From Bacteriovoracia bacterium (GTDB taxonomy: Bacteria > Bdellovibrionota > UBA1018 > CAIPTA01), in assembly GCA_050246755.1 (NCBI GenBank), contig JBFWVL010000001.1, positions 1,408,001-1,472,000 of the forward strand: a stretch of DNA of 64,000 nucleotides, in the 5' to 3' direction. Below are positions 45,643 to 55,708 of this stretch, piece by piece; positions within the stretch are counted from its first letter, which is position 1; every line of letters begins with the position of its first letter. The position numbers and the translations under genes are program-made. A model generated the notes under the pieces. That model did no database searches, was not told the DNA's origin, and worked only from the letters and a program-made list of their open reading frames with translations.

Positions 45643-47094
45643 CTAGACCGCGGGCTGGCGCTTCCTTTTCTTCTCTTTTTTCACGCCCGAGGATTTCTGC
45701 CGGAATAAAGGCACGCCCGATTTCACGAGCTTGCCGCTCTCGTCGAATACGCTCTTGGCGCAGGGATATTTACCCTCTAGCGAATCCACGAAGTTCGGTA
45801 CTCCCGGCAGGGTCACGTGCTGGATTACGCGGGCCACGTGGCGTTGGAGCACGCAGGTCTTGAACCACTGCCAGTTCTGGATGCTGCCATTGAGGTTCGT
45901 TACGTCGATCTTATCAGTGAGCTCGTTATATTTTCCGGTCCAGTAGAGGCTGTCGATCATGTCGGCGGGAGAGAAGTTCTTGAAGGTGGCCACCTTCTCG
46001 AGATCCGCGCGTGTCCATTTATTATAATGGGCCAACGCGTCCACGGCTTTGGGGCCAGCGTTGTAGGAACCCACGGCCAGCAGCCAGCCCATATGTAGCG
46101 GGTACGCGCGGTCGTAGCCGGCCTGGCAGCTGCGCCCGAATTTTTCCTCGGGCTTATACTGATCTTTCTGCTTGAGGCCGGTGGGAATGAAGCGGGCGTA
46201 GAGCGAGGCGAGCTCGTTGGCCTTGGCGGCGATGCCGTTGCGGGGATCTTGGCAGCTCGTTACGAAGGCGCGTACGGCATCGTAGCGCATTCTCTGCACG
46301 GCATTCGAGGCGGGAGGGAAATCGCTTACCACATCTTCAAAGGCGATATTCTGGAAATGTTCTTTCTGCAGGCGGTATTCGGGCAAGCCATGGAGCCGGG
46401 TTTTCGCGATTTCGTAGAATGGTTTCACCAAGGTGGTTTCGAGCTGAGCGCAATCGAGCGGCGCTTTTCCCAAACCGATCCCGCGGCGGCGCGCGCCCTT
46501 TTGTTTTTCGGCCCAGCGGCACCATTCCAAAATATTTATTTGTCCAAGGCCGCAGGAGAAATTATTTCCGTCTTCGGCGATACCAAGCTCGGAAAAGAGT
46601 GATTCCTGGTAGAGCGCGCCGGTGAGCACCTGGGCGGGCATTTTATTTTCCTGGCTGGCTTCGTAGACGGCGGCGAGTTTCACGCTGCGCAGGCGCACGG
46701 CATTGTTCTGCATCCAGGCCAGCTCGATGGCGCCAGCCGAAAAGCTCCCGGGCCGCAAAGCTTCACGGCGCAGAACCTCGGTGGCGCGGCAGTAAAGGAG
46801 GGGGCGTTTGTTGAGGCGCCAGTACTCTTGGTCTTCCGGCGAAAGATTGGCGGGAAAATCTTTTTGGGGATCGTTCACGCGGGTGAGGTCGAGGCAGTCG
46901 CGATCGGGCATGCCCGGAATCAATTCTTCCACACAGCCTACCGGAGGCTGGGCCCAGTCGACGGGAGTTACGAGCGCGGAAGCGGGCCTGCGGTCCGGGG
47001 TGTTCTCGAATTCTTCCAGTAGATCCGCGGCGTGAAACGCGAAGGCGGAGCTGGAAAATAAAAAAAGCGCGCAGATGGAAATTTTGGCGAGCAT
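45643..47094 (-). CDS. Secreted protein with divergent Slt/lysozyme-like motifs
   Basis: Signal peptide; LYQES, GLGQIN, SYNAGP. Confidence 0.6.
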   Translation of the reverse strand: MLAKISICALFLFSSSAFAFHAADLLEEFENTPDRRPASALVTPVDWAQPPVGCVEELIPGMPDRDCLDLTRVNDPQKDFPANLSPEDQEYWRLNKRPLLYCRATEVLRREALRPGSFSAGAIELAWMQNNAVRLRSVKLAAVYEASQENKMPAQVLTGALYQESLFSELGIAEDGNNFSCGLGQINILEWCRWAEKQKGARRRGIGLGKAPLDCAQLETTLVKPFYEIAKTRLHGLPEYRLQKEHFQNIAFEDVVSDFPPASNAVQRMRYDAVRAFVTSCQDPRNGIAAKANELASLYARFIPTGLKQKDQYKPEEKFGRSCQAGYDRAYPLHMGWLLAVGSYNAGPKAVDALAHYNKWTRADLEKVATFKNFSPADMIDSLYWTGKYNELTDKIDVTNLNGSIQNWQWFKTCVLQRHVARVIQHVTLPGVPNFVDSLEGKYPCAKSVFDESGKLVKSGVPLFRQKSSGVKKEKKRKRQPAV

Positions 47095-47183
47095 GGGAAT
47101 CCTCGAGTGAAAAAAGAAGGCGTTCCTAAATTATATAGGAGGAGAAAATGGCTGCCAACGAGGGAGCCTACACGCGAGCGGCT

Positions 47184-47762
47184 CTAGGCTTTTTTACCCA
47201 TGGCTACCAGGTACATTTCCACGCTCGCTTGGCGGGTGCTGTCCGGCTTGAAGGGCTTGAACGTGGTGAAGCGGGCTTCGATTTGTTTGCGCACGCTATG
47301 CGCATCTTCGCCTTCAAATAATTTCACCACGAGATTGCCACCCACCTTGAGGTGCTTCTCGGCCACCGCGAGGGCATGCAGGCAAAGCTCGGCGGAGCGG
47401 GCCTGATCGCGGATCTTCACGCCGGAAGTTTTCGGCGCCATATCGCTGAGCACTACGTCGAAGGGGCCTTCCGGCATATGCTCGGGCTCGAGCTTGAAGG
47501 CATCGCCGTGGATGAAGCGAAACTGCGGGTGCTTGAGCTCCACTTTTTCCAGGTCTACCCCGAGCACGAGGCCACGGGGGCCAACCATCGGCAGAGCCAC
47601 TTGCACCCAGGCGCCGGGGGCGCATCCAAGATCGAGCACCTTGGCGCCGGACTTTATGAGCTTAAATTTTTTTTGGATTTCTTGGAGCTTATAAGCCGAG
47701 CGCGCGAGGTAGCCCTCTTCCTTTGCTTTGCGGTGATAGAAATCTTTTTTTTCATACGCCAT
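47184..47762 (-). CDS. rlmE: 23S rRNA Um2552 methyltransferase
   Basis: RSAYKL, LDLGCAPGAW, SDMAP, KPDSTR, E-x-Y. Confidence 0.96.
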   Translation of the reverse strand: MAYEKKDFYHRKAKEEGYLARSAYKLQEIQKKFKLIKSGAKVLDLGCAPGAWVQVALPMVGPRGLVLGVDLEKVELKHPQFRFIHGDAFKLEPEHMPEGPFDVVLSDMAPKTSGVKIRDQARSAELCLHALAVAEKHLKVGGNLVVKLFEGEDAHSVRKQIEARFTTFKPFKPDSTRQASVEMYLVAMGKKA

Positions 47763-50172
47763 AAAATTCCACCACCGTGCAGCCCTCGCCGCCCTCCTGG
47801 AGGGTGCCGGGCCGGTATTTCAGCTCGTATTTAGTCTTTTTTAGGAAATCCCGCACGGCTTTTTTCAGGGCCCCGCTGCCGTGGCCATGCACGATACGCA
47901 CGAAGGCCTTCCCGCTGCGGCTGGCCCGGTCGATATAGGTGGCCACTTGGTCCATGGCTTCGTCTACAGTACGGCCGATGAGGTTTAATTCAGTTGGCAG
48001 AGAGAAATCTTCGGTGGGCCGTTGGCGGTTCGCCGTTCGCGGTGAAGAAGGAGCGCGGGATTCGGCGCGGGGCTCGATTTGGTCCCACTTCACTTTCATG
48101 CGCAGGTTTCCGACCATCACCTCGGCCTGCTTTTCTTTCAGCGCCGGATCCGAAAGCAAAACGCCTTCGGTGCGCATCGTGAGCAGGCGCACAGGCCCGT
48201 TCTTGCGGAAGCTCACGGCCTCTTCCTCGTGCTCGATCGGAATGGTTTTGGGCGGGGGCTGGGCGGGGGCCACTTCGTCCACCATCTGGTGCACCGCCTC
48301 GAAGCTCTCCTTCAGCTTTTCGGTTTCGGCTCTGGCCGCCACGGCGGCTTCCTGCTTCTCCTGCACCGAGGGAAGGCGTTTTTTATAGGCGGTGATGGTG
48401 CGGTCCACTTCGGCCATGGCACTGCGTTCGGCCTCTTTCACGAGTTCGAGGGCTTCGTCGCGGAACCGTTTCTTATAGGCCGCGAGATCGCTATTGAGTT
48501 TGGCGTAGCGGGCCTGCTCCTCCTCGAGATTTTTTTTCACCGCCTCGAGCTCCAGCTTGGCGGCAGCGAGCTCTCGCTCTTGGCCTTCCAGTTTGTCTAC
48601 GGCGCTCTGCTCGGCCACTTTTTCTTCCGAGAGAAAGGAGCGGGCCTGATTCACCAAGCCGGAAGATAATCCTAACTTCAGGCCGATCTCCAGCGCGCGG
48701 CTGGATCCTGGCACGCCCATGCGCAGGCGGTAGGTGGGAGAAAGCTTCTCGGGATCGAATTCCATCGAGGCGCTCTCGAAGGCGCTTTCACCCGAGGCTT
48801 TCAATCCGTTGAGGTGAGTGGTCACGATCGCGTAGGCTCCGCGGGATTGCAATTCGGAAAGAATGGCCCGAGACAGCGCGGTGGCTTCGTCGGGATCGGT
48901 GGCGTGGAGGATCTCATCGATGAGCACGAGGGTGCCGCGCTCTACGCTCTCGAGAATCTCTTTGAGGTGGAGGATGCTGCCCGAAAAGCTCGAGAGGCTG
49001 AGTTCGAGGTTTTGGGAATCGCCGATCTGCGCGAGCACCTTGCTCAAAAAGGGAAGCTTAGATTCGCCGGCGCAGGGTAGAAAAAATCCCGCCCGCGCCA
49101 TGAGTGAAGAGAGGCCCACGGCTTTCAGCAGTACGGTTTTTCCGCCCGTATTGGGGCCGGAGATCACGAGCACGCGGCGTTCGGGGCCGAGCACGAAGCC
49201 ATTGCGAATGATTTTTTCGGGGGCGAGCACGAATCCCAGGAGGGGGTGGTAGAGCCCGTCGAGGAAGAATCTATCCGAGAACTCGGGGCGAGAAACGCCC
49301 TTGATGGTTTCGTATTTGCGCGCGAAGCTGGCGCGCGCGAGGCAAAGATCGATCTCCACGGAGGTCTCATACGCGTGGGCGAACTCGGCGGCGTGGGGGA
49401 AAAGCTTGGCCGAGAGCTCAGCGAGGATGCGATACACTTCCTCTTCGATCTGGAGCTGGGTTTGTTTGATTTTATCGTTCGCGTCGCGCACGGCGGCCGG
49501 CTCCATGAACACGGTGGCCCGCGTGGCCGAGCTTTCCACTACGAATCCCGAAACTTTATTGCGGAATTCGGATTTCACGGGGATGAGGTAGCGCCCGTCG
49601 CGCACGTCGTAGAATTTTTCCTGGAGGAAGCCGTCGCGGAAGGCTTGCTGCAGTACCGCTTCGACGCGTTCCCGCGCTTCGGAATGCAGGCGCCGCTCCT
49701 GATCGCGCAGGCTGCGCAGGGCGGGGCTCGCGGAATCTTTTACTTGCCCGTGGTCATCGATCGCGCGCACCAGGGCTTCGGTGAGGGGGGCGAGGGGAGG
49801 AAGCGAAAGAGCGCGGGCGTGGAGGCCGGCGCAGGCCAATACCCCTTCTTTGCCACCGAGGATGGCCTGGAGTTCCTGGGAAATCCTCGCAAGTTTGGAA
49901 AGATGAAGGAGCTCTTTTCCATCCAGTACCGAAGAGCGTTCCAGGCGCTCCAGCACGGGCTCCAGGGAATCCAAAGTGGAGAGGAATACGAAATTTCCCA
50001 GCTCCAAAGCGCGCAGGCCCTGATCCGTGAGCTCTAGGAGCGCTTCCGCTTCGTGGCGATTTTCGCTCGGCGCTATCTCGAGCGCGGCAAGCTTCGCTGG
50101 TGCGCTCAGGCAATGAACGCTATAATGCCGGAGCAGTGATTGCCATTCCAGCGATGGAAGATCCGAATTCAT
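47752..50172 (-). CDS. mutS2: MutS2 ATPase with C-terminal Smr domain
   Basis: GPNTGGKT, LSSFSG, LIDE, TTH, PGSSRALEI, VHGHGSGAL. Confidence 0.95.
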   Translation of the reverse strand: MNSDLPSLEWQSLLRHYSVHCLSAPAKLAALEIAPSENRHEAEALLELTDQGLRALELGNFVFLSTLDSLEPVLERLERSSVLDGKELLHLSKLARISQELQAILGGKEGVLACAGLHARALSLPPLAPLTEALVRAIDDHGQVKDSASPALRSLRDQERRLHSEARERVEAVLQQAFRDGFLQEKFYDVRDGRYLIPVKSEFRNKVSGFVVESSATRATVFMEPAAVRDANDKIKQTQLQIEEEVYRILAELSAKLFPHAAEFAHAYETSVEIDLCLARASFARKYETIKGVSRPEFSDRFFLDGLYHPLLGFVLAPEKIIRNGFVLGPERRVLVISGPNTGGKTVLLKAVGLSSLMARAGFFLPCAGESKLPFLSKVLAQIGDSQNLELSLSSFSGSILHLKEILESVERGTLVLIDEILHATDPDEATALSRAILSELQSRGAYAIVTTHLNGLKASGESAFESASMEFDPEKLSPTYRLRMGVPGSSRALEIGLKLGLSSGLVNQARSFLSEEKVAEQSAVDKLEGQERELAAAKLELEAVKKNLEEEQARYAKLNSDLAAYKKRFRDEALELVKEAERSAMAEVDRTITAYKKRLPSVQEKQEAAVAARAETEKLKESFEAVHQMVDEVAPAQPPPKTIPIEHEEEAVSFRKNGPVRLLTMRTEGVLLSDPALKEKQAEVMVGNLRMKVKWDQIEPRAESRAPSSPRTANRQRPTEDFSLPTELNLIGRTVDEAMDQVATYIDRASRSGKAFVRIVHGHGSGALKKAVRDFLKKTKYELKYRPGTLQEGGEGCTVVEFYGV

Positions 50173-50196
50173 GGGGGCAATCTACCAGATAGGCAT

Positions 50197-51648
50197 ATGG
50201 CACTCAAATGGAAGGAAATTTCGCTCCTGCTCGAGGAAGCACGCCCCGTGCTGCTGGGCTCTGCTATGCAGAGAATCGTGCAAGTGCGGGAAGTGGCCGC
50301 CGGCGAGAGCTTCTATTTTCAGGGTTTTGGCGAGCTGGGGGGCTGGCGGCTTTGGAGCTGCCTGCAGCAGGATAATGCCTGCCTCGTATTTGCCGGGGAA
50401 GACTGGGATCTTGAGGCCCAGCCGGAGCCTTCCACCTTCGTGATGGTGCTGCGCAAGCATCTCGTGGGCCGCAAGATCACCGGCCTCGAGCAGGTGCATG
50501 GCGAGCGCATCGTGCTGCTACATTTCGACAATGAAATGTCCCTGCTCTTTGAGCTGCTCCCCAAACGCGCCAACTTGCTGCTCGTGGATTCCTGGGACCC
50601 TGCAAAGCGCACCGCTCGCTCCATCCAATCCTTCCGCACAATCTCGCTTGCCCCCGGCGCCATTCATAGCCTGCCTCCGGCGCCGCCTACTTTGTCGGAA
50701 GAGATTAGAACGTTCGGAGAAGCGGATCCCGGCGCGGCCTTTCCCTTTCACGAAGCGGTGGCCGAGAAGTATTGGAATTTGGTGCAGAAAAGCGGGCTCA
50801 CTTCTCACAAAAAACTTTGGCGCCAGGCCTGGAAGAGCCATAGCCGCAAAGTAAATTCGGCGCTCGAGAACGTGAAAAAAGATTTCAAGGAAGCCGAAGA
50901 GGCGGAGCTATTTCTTAAGCGCGGGATGGCGCTCGTGGCTCACCTCTATGAGCTCGGCCCGAAAAAATTTCCAAAAGAGAAAAAAATCGAGCTCGACGGA
51001 ATCGAAATCCCGCTCGACCCCTCGAAAACCTATTCCGACAATTCCGAAGCCTGCTTCAAGAAATCGAAAAAATTCACCCGCGCCGTGGGCGAGCTCGCGG
51101 GCCGGATCGAAACGCTCGAGAAGAAAGTGAACGAGCTCGCCAAAACGGCGGAGAAAATCGAAAAGGCCGCCACCGACGAAGAGCTCGATGCGCTCGCGCC
51201 GGAGTTCGAAAAAGAGGGCTTGCCCCTGCCGGAAAAATCCGACGGGAAAGAGGAAAAGGAACAAGCTTCCGCGAAGCCCTTCCTGGAATTTAAGTCCACC
51301 GATGGTTTCCGCATCCTCTGCGGACGCAACCAGGCCGAGAACCGCCGCGTTACTTTCCAGGAAGCAAAGGGCAACGATCTCTGGATGCACGCGAAGGGCT
51401 TACCCGGCGCCCACGTGGTGGTGAAGGGCCAAAAAAACAAAACCATTCCGCTCTCCACCCTGCTCGAGGCCGCGCAGCTTTGCCTCTATCATTCGAATAT
51501 TCGCAAAGGGAAATCCGCCGAGGTGGACTATACCCAGCGTAAACACGTGCGCGCGATCAAGGGAACGGTGGCGGAAGTTACCTATACGGGGAATAAGACG
51601 CTCTACCTGGATGCGGATCCCGAAGTGATGAAGAAGCTACTTAGCTGA
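50197..51648 (+). CDS. rqcH: NFACT/RqcH (FbpA/Rqc2) ribosome quality control factor
   Basis: FVMVLRKHL, ERIV, FELL..RAN, coiled coils, GRNQAEN, DLWMHA..PGAHVV, VDYT. Confidence 0.88.
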   Translation: MALKWKEISLLLEEARPVLLGSAMQRIVQVREVAAGESFYFQGFGELGGWRLWSCLQQDNACLVFAGEDWDLEAQPEPSTFVMVLRKHLVGRKITGLEQVHGERIVLLHFDNEMSLLFELLPKRANLLLVDSWDPAKRTARSIQSFRTISLAPGAIHSLPPAPPTLSEEIRTFGEADPGAAFPFHEAVAEKYWNLVQKSGLTSHKKLWRQAWKSHSRKVNSALENVKKDFKEAEEAELFLKRGMALVAHLYELGPKKFPKEKKIELDGIEIPLDPSKTYSDNSEACFKKSKKFTRAVGELAGRIETLEKKVNELAKTAEKIEKAATDEELDALAPEFEKEGLPLPEKSDGKEEKEQASAKPFLEFKSTDGFRILCGRNQAENRRVTFQEAKGNDLWMHAKGLPGAHVVVKGQKNKTIPLSTLLEAAQLCLYHSNIRKGKSAEVDYTQRKHVRAIKGTVAEVTYTGNKTLYLDADPEVMKKLLS

Positions 51649-52851
51649 GGTAACCAGCGCTACTGCCTGCTCGCGCGTGGCGATCTTCTCGTTCAGCTGC
51701 TCACGGCGAACCATAGCCAATAGTTCTTTGATCTTTGGCCCCGCCGGAATACCGAGTTCCAGCAAATCTTGCCCGCGCAGCAGCGCCGGTGGATCCAAGC
51801 GCCCAGATTTCTCCGCTTCGGCCCTTTCGATCGGCAAGCGAGCCAGCCAAGGCAGCGCCGCTTCGTTCTGGGCGGTGAGAAGAGTCCAGGCGTATTTGAA
51901 ATAGGGCGAGGCAAGGGCGGTTTTCCGGTCGGCGAGCTCGAGCTTGGAATAGGCCGTGAGGCGGGTGATCTCGTCGGGCAGAGCGCGGATCATCGCCTTC
52001 ATCTCTTTGGGCAGTACGAAGAGCTTTTCTAAATCTTCGCCAGAAACCCAGAGTCCGATCCCGGCGTAGAACAAACCCATCGGCGGGGCTTCGTGAAAGC
52101 CGGCCGTGAAGGTAGGCCCGAGTTCCCCGAGACGCGTAAGCACCGAGGCTTCCGGCTCTATCGTGCCGAATACATGGGACCATAATCCCGTTTCTACTAG
52201 TCCTGCCAATCCCAGCATGGGCTGGCCCGAGGCGAAGATACGGTCCATTTCCTGGGTGATGCGTTCCCGGCTCACGAGCGAAAGCCTTCCCGACTGGGCG
52301 CGGATCGCGCTCACGATGCCGGGGCCCAACTGAAAATCCAGCTGGGCCTGGAAACGAATTGTCCGGAGCATTCTCAGCGCATCTTCCTGGAACCGCGCCG
52401 CGGGATCGCCCACGCAGCGGATGATCCGCGCTTCGATATCGGGGAGGCCGTTCACGTAGTCGATCACTTCTCCGGCGGCGGGATCGTAAAACAAGGCGTT
52501 GATCGTGAAATCACGGCGTTTCGCGTCTTCCTCAGGGTTTGTGAACGAAACTTCGGTAGGGTGGCGTCCGTCGGTATAGGCGCCGTCGGTGCGGAAGCGG
52601 GCGATTTCCACGGGGCCGGCGTCCGTAACCACCACCATGATGCCGAACTGTTTGCCTACGTCGAGGGTTTTGGGGAAGAGCGAGGCGATCTCCTCCGGGC
52701 TAGCCTCCGAAACGAGGTCGAAATCCTTGGGGCTAACTCCCAAAAAGAGATCCCGCACGGCTCCTCCGGCCACGAAAGCGCGCCGGCCGGCCCCCTGCAA
52801 TCGCAGGATAATTTCTTTCACATGGGGCGGCAATTGGTGGTACCAATCCAC
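51637..52851 (-). CDS. cca: tRNA nucleotidyltransferase (CCA-adding class II)
   Basis: GGAVRD, DFD, RRDFTINA, EDALRMLR, SRERI; CCA versus A-adding specificity cannot be resolved from sequence. Confidence 0.85.
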   Translation of the reverse strand: MDWYHQLPPHVKEIILRLQGAGRRAFVAGGAVRDLFLGVSPKDFDLVSEASPEEIASLFPKTLDVGKQFGIMVVVTDAGPVEIARFRTDGAYTDGRHPTEVSFTNPEEDAKRRDFTINALFYDPAAGEVIDYVNGLPDIEARIIRCVGDPAARFQEDALRMLRTIRFQAQLDFQLGPGIVSAIRAQSGRLSLVSRERITQEMDRIFASGQPMLGLAGLVETGLWSHVFGTIEPEASVLTRLGELGPTFTAGFHEAPPMGLFYAGIGLWVSGEDLEKLFVLPKEMKAMIRALPDEITRLTAYSKLELADRKTALASPYFKYAWTLLTAQNEAALPWLARLPIERAEAEKSGRLDPPALLRGQDLLELGIPAGPKIKELLAMVRREQLNEKIATREQAVALVTSAK

Positions 52852-52854
52852 TCG

Positions 52855-54087
52855 ATGACTACGCATACCAATTCTTTACCATGCATCGGCCTAAACCGTT
52901 ACGCCCAAGAGCGCGCCAAGAAGAAGCACCCCTGGGTGTTTTCCAACGAAATCCAAGATATGAAGCACGCGCAGAAACTCCCGCCGGGATCCCTGGTGGA
53001 CGTGCTGGATTGCCACGGTGGCTATATCGGCACCGGCTTTGTGAACCCGAAATCCTTGATCACCGTGCGCCTCCTCACCCGCGAACGCGGCGAAGCCATC
53101 GATGCTGATTTCTTCCGCAACCGCATCGAAGCGGCCCTTCGCACCCGCGAGCCCCTCTACGGGAAAAAATCCACCTCCGCCGGAACCTACCGCGCCGTAT
53201 TCGGCGAGAGCGACGGCCTTCCCGGCCTCGTGATCGACCGCTTCCAGGGCGCCTGGGTAGTGGAGCCCCATGCCTTCGGCATGTTTGCCCGAAAAAAAGA
53301 AATCATCGAAGCCCTCCGTGAGCTCGCCGGCAAAGACGCGATCGTATTCCGCACCGACCACCGCTCCGCCCAGCTCGAGGGTATGGCCGTGGAATCCGAG
53401 CTTGTGCACGGCGAGATTCCCAAATCCGGCGTATTCGCCGTCGAGGACGGAATCCGTTTTCCCGTGGACCCTCTCAAGGGCCAGAAAACCGGTTTCTTCT
53501 TCGACCAACGCGAGAACCGCGCATTCTTCCGCAACTATATCGAAGGCGCCGCCCGCGAAGGCAAGCAAGTGCAGATCGCCGATCTCTTCTGCCACCTCGG
53601 TGCCTGGGGACTCCGTTCCCTAAAAGCCGGTGCTGCACATGTGACTTTCGTGGATAGCTCGGGCCCGGCGCTCGACGCCGTGAGAGCCGCCGCTAAGGAG
53701 CTCGGAGTTTTGGATAAAGCCGACTTCGTGGAGAGCGACGTGCTCACTTTCCTCAAGGCACAAAAAGCCGGCGCTTGCGGCGCGCTGGTGGTGGATCCTC
53801 CCGCGCTGGTGCCTTCCAAAAAAGACGTGGCCGCCGGTTCCAAAGCCTACCGCGAGCTCAACGCCCAGGCTTTTCGCATCGTGCGCCAGGGCGGAGTGGT
53901 ATCGAGCTCGAGCTGCTCCTACCATATGCCCGAAGAGCGCTTCGAAGAGGTGCTCGCGAAAGCCGCCCTCGATTCGAATCGCGAAGCGAAGGTGATCTAC
54001 CGCGGTGGCATGAGCGCCGATCATCCTTTCCTTCCCGGAATGGAAGAGGGCCGTTACCTTAAGAATTTATTTTTGGTGGCGAAGTAG
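52855..54087 (+). CDS. RlmI/RlmK-like SAM-dependent rRNA methyltransferase
   Basis: HPWVFSNE (PUA), ESDGLPGLVID, GQKTGFFFDQRENR, DPP, YLK. Confidence 0.9.
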   Translation: MTTHTNSLPCIGLNRYAQERAKKKHPWVFSNEIQDMKHAQKLPPGSLVDVLDCHGGYIGTGFVNPKSLITVRLLTRERGEAIDADFFRNRIEAALRTREPLYGKKSTSAGTYRAVFGESDGLPGLVIDRFQGAWVVEPHAFGMFARKKEIIEALRELAGKDAIVFRTDHRSAQLEGMAVESELVHGEIPKSGVFAVEDGIRFPVDPLKGQKTGFFFDQRENRAFFRNYIEGAAREGKQVQIADLFCHLGAWGLRSLKAGAAHVTFVDSSGPALDAVRAAAKELGVLDKADFVESDVLTFLKAQKAGACGALVVDPPALVPSKKDVAAGSKAYRELNAQAFRIVRQGGVVSSSSCSYHMPEERFEEVLAKAALDSNREAKVIYRGGMSADHPFLPGMEEGRYLKNLFLVAK

Positions 54088-54103
54088 GTTACGCTATCGC
54101 CAT

Positions 54104-54640
54104 ATGCGTCTCTCTCTGCTTATTTGCCTTTTGCTGCTTGGCTGCACGGCCAAGCCCAAAGAACCACCTAAACCCCCAAGGGTGGGCTGCACGATCGTAC
54201 GCAAGGCGATTCCTGAGCCCAGCACTTCCGGCGACGCTGAAATGTCCACGATGAAGGATCCTTCCGATCCCCGCTATAAACCCCTAGATCTGATCCGCTG
54301 GAATCCGCAGCTAGACTTGAAGCAGCGGGAGGAGCTGATGAGCCTATATCGGCACACCCAAGTAGAAGTAGACCGGATTGATGGCGAAATGGCGAAGATT
54401 AAGGGTGAATACTTCCGGGCGGTGGTTACGCCCGCACGGGATGAGGCGAAGGCCAAAGAGTTGCGACTCAAGTTGGCGGAATTGAATCAAAGCCGACTCA
54501 ACGCCTCGTTAAATATGATCGATTTCATCGAGGTGGTGATCGGGAAGAGTGGGGGCGTGGATCGCGACTCCATCCAAAGGGCCTTGCTGCGCGAGGAGCG
54601 CCGCCTGGACGAGCTGGAAAAGATACGATGCGAGCCCTAA
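54104..54640 (+). CDS. Lipoprotein with helical Spy/CpxP/ZraP-like region
   Basis: Lipobox LLGC; LDLKQREEL followed by long amphipathic helices. Confidence 0.55.
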   Translation: MRLSLLICLLLLGCTAKPKEPPKPPRVGCTIVRKAIPEPSTSGDAEMSTMKDPSDPRYKPLDLIRWNPQLDLKQREELMSLYRHTQVEVDRIDGEMAKIKGEYFRAVVTPARDEAKAKELRLKLAELNQSRLNASLNMIDFIEVVIGKSGGVDRDSIQRALLREERRLDELEKIRCEP

Positions 54641-55689
54641 GTATTCTGCTGCTCCTTCTCACGGTCGGTTTTTCGCCGGTGGCGGAGGCGAAGGGCGGAG
54701 ATGTGAACCTGATCAACTGCTCGATCTTCGATTCTTCGGGAAAACTCCTGAAGATGTACCGGGCTTGGCTCTGCGCTTTTTTTCCGAATGGAAAAATGCT
54801 GCTCGGGGATGGCGCCACTCTCACGTTCTACGACCAGAAGATGAATATCGTGTGGGCGAAAGACATGCACGTGCATGGGTCCATTACGTATTCTGAGGCC
54901 GACGACACGGCGCTGTTGCAGGTTTCTCACGTGCTGCCCGGCGATCTGCGCGGGGATCGGCTGGAGGTCTACGACCAAGAAGGAAAGCTGATCAAGCACT
55001 TCAACTTTACTTCGAAGCATGCGTTCAAGCCGCAAGAGTTCAACTACGATCGTTTCATGCTTCCTTCCCGCGTGAAGGAAGAAGTGCACCACGTATGGTC
55101 TTTTTACCGGATCGGGCGTAATCGCTCGAAGCTCCCTTTCCTTCGCGAGGGAAACTACGTGGTGGCGGATGCATTCGGCGTGATTTATTTTTTGGATAGC
55201 AAGCTGCAGAAAATCGTCCACACGATTCATAATCATAAATTGGGGATAAGCAATTTGCGTGACGTGCAGGTTACGGAGCGCGGGAACTTGCTAGCGTATA
55301 ATAGCGGAAACGTAGACGCGCAGGGGCAGCCGTATTCTTCGCTCGACGAAATTAACCCTACGACCGGAAAATTCATTTGGCGCTATATCGCCAGTCCCCC
55401 TACTTCTTTTTATGGACCTAGTGAAGGGAATGTGCAGGAGCTCCCCAACGGAAATTTTTTGTATAGTTTGGTGATGGACGAGCGTAAGGGCAAAGAGCGG
55501 CGGCACGTTCCGCAGGAGGAGCTGGAACCCTGGATGCTCATTCAGGGCGGGCACCAATCGATCGAGATCACGCGGGATGGAAAAGAAGTCTGGAAGATGA
55601 TCTCGCACGACGATGATCTCTCCGGGAAGCCTAACGTGGTGAAGCGGCAGAATTTAGACAAGTATTTCAGCCGAAAAAAGAGATACTAG
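54628..55689 (+). CDS. Secreted beta-propeller, arylsulfotransferase-like
   Basis: Signal peptide; repeats ending GKxxW; GNVQELPNGN. Confidence 0.6.
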   Translation: MRALSILLLLLTVGFSPVAEAKGGDVNLINCSIFDSSGKLLKMYRAWLCAFFPNGKMLLGDGATLTFYDQKMNIVWAKDMHVHGSITYSEADDTALLQVSHVLPGDLRGDRLEVYDQEGKLIKHFNFTSKHAFKPQEFNYDRFMLPSRVKEEVHHVWSFYRIGRNRSKLPFLREGNYVVADAFGVIYFLDSKLQKIVHTIHNHKLGISNLRDVQVTERGNLLAYNSGNVDAQGQPYSSLDEINPTTGKFIWRYIASPPTSFYGPSEGNVQELPNGNFLYSLVMDERKGKERRHVPQEELEPWMLIQGGHQSIEITRDGKEVWKMISHDDDLSGKPNVVKRQNLDKYFSRKKRY

Positions 55690-55708
55690 CCGCCAGGACA
55701 ATTTTCCC

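Noticed and set aside
52561-52854. Upstream extension of the RlmI-like ORF (and similar extensions of kdd, kamE, the AAA+ gene and rqcH)
   Set aside because: These overlap neighbouring real genes; family homology begins at the downstream starts used above.
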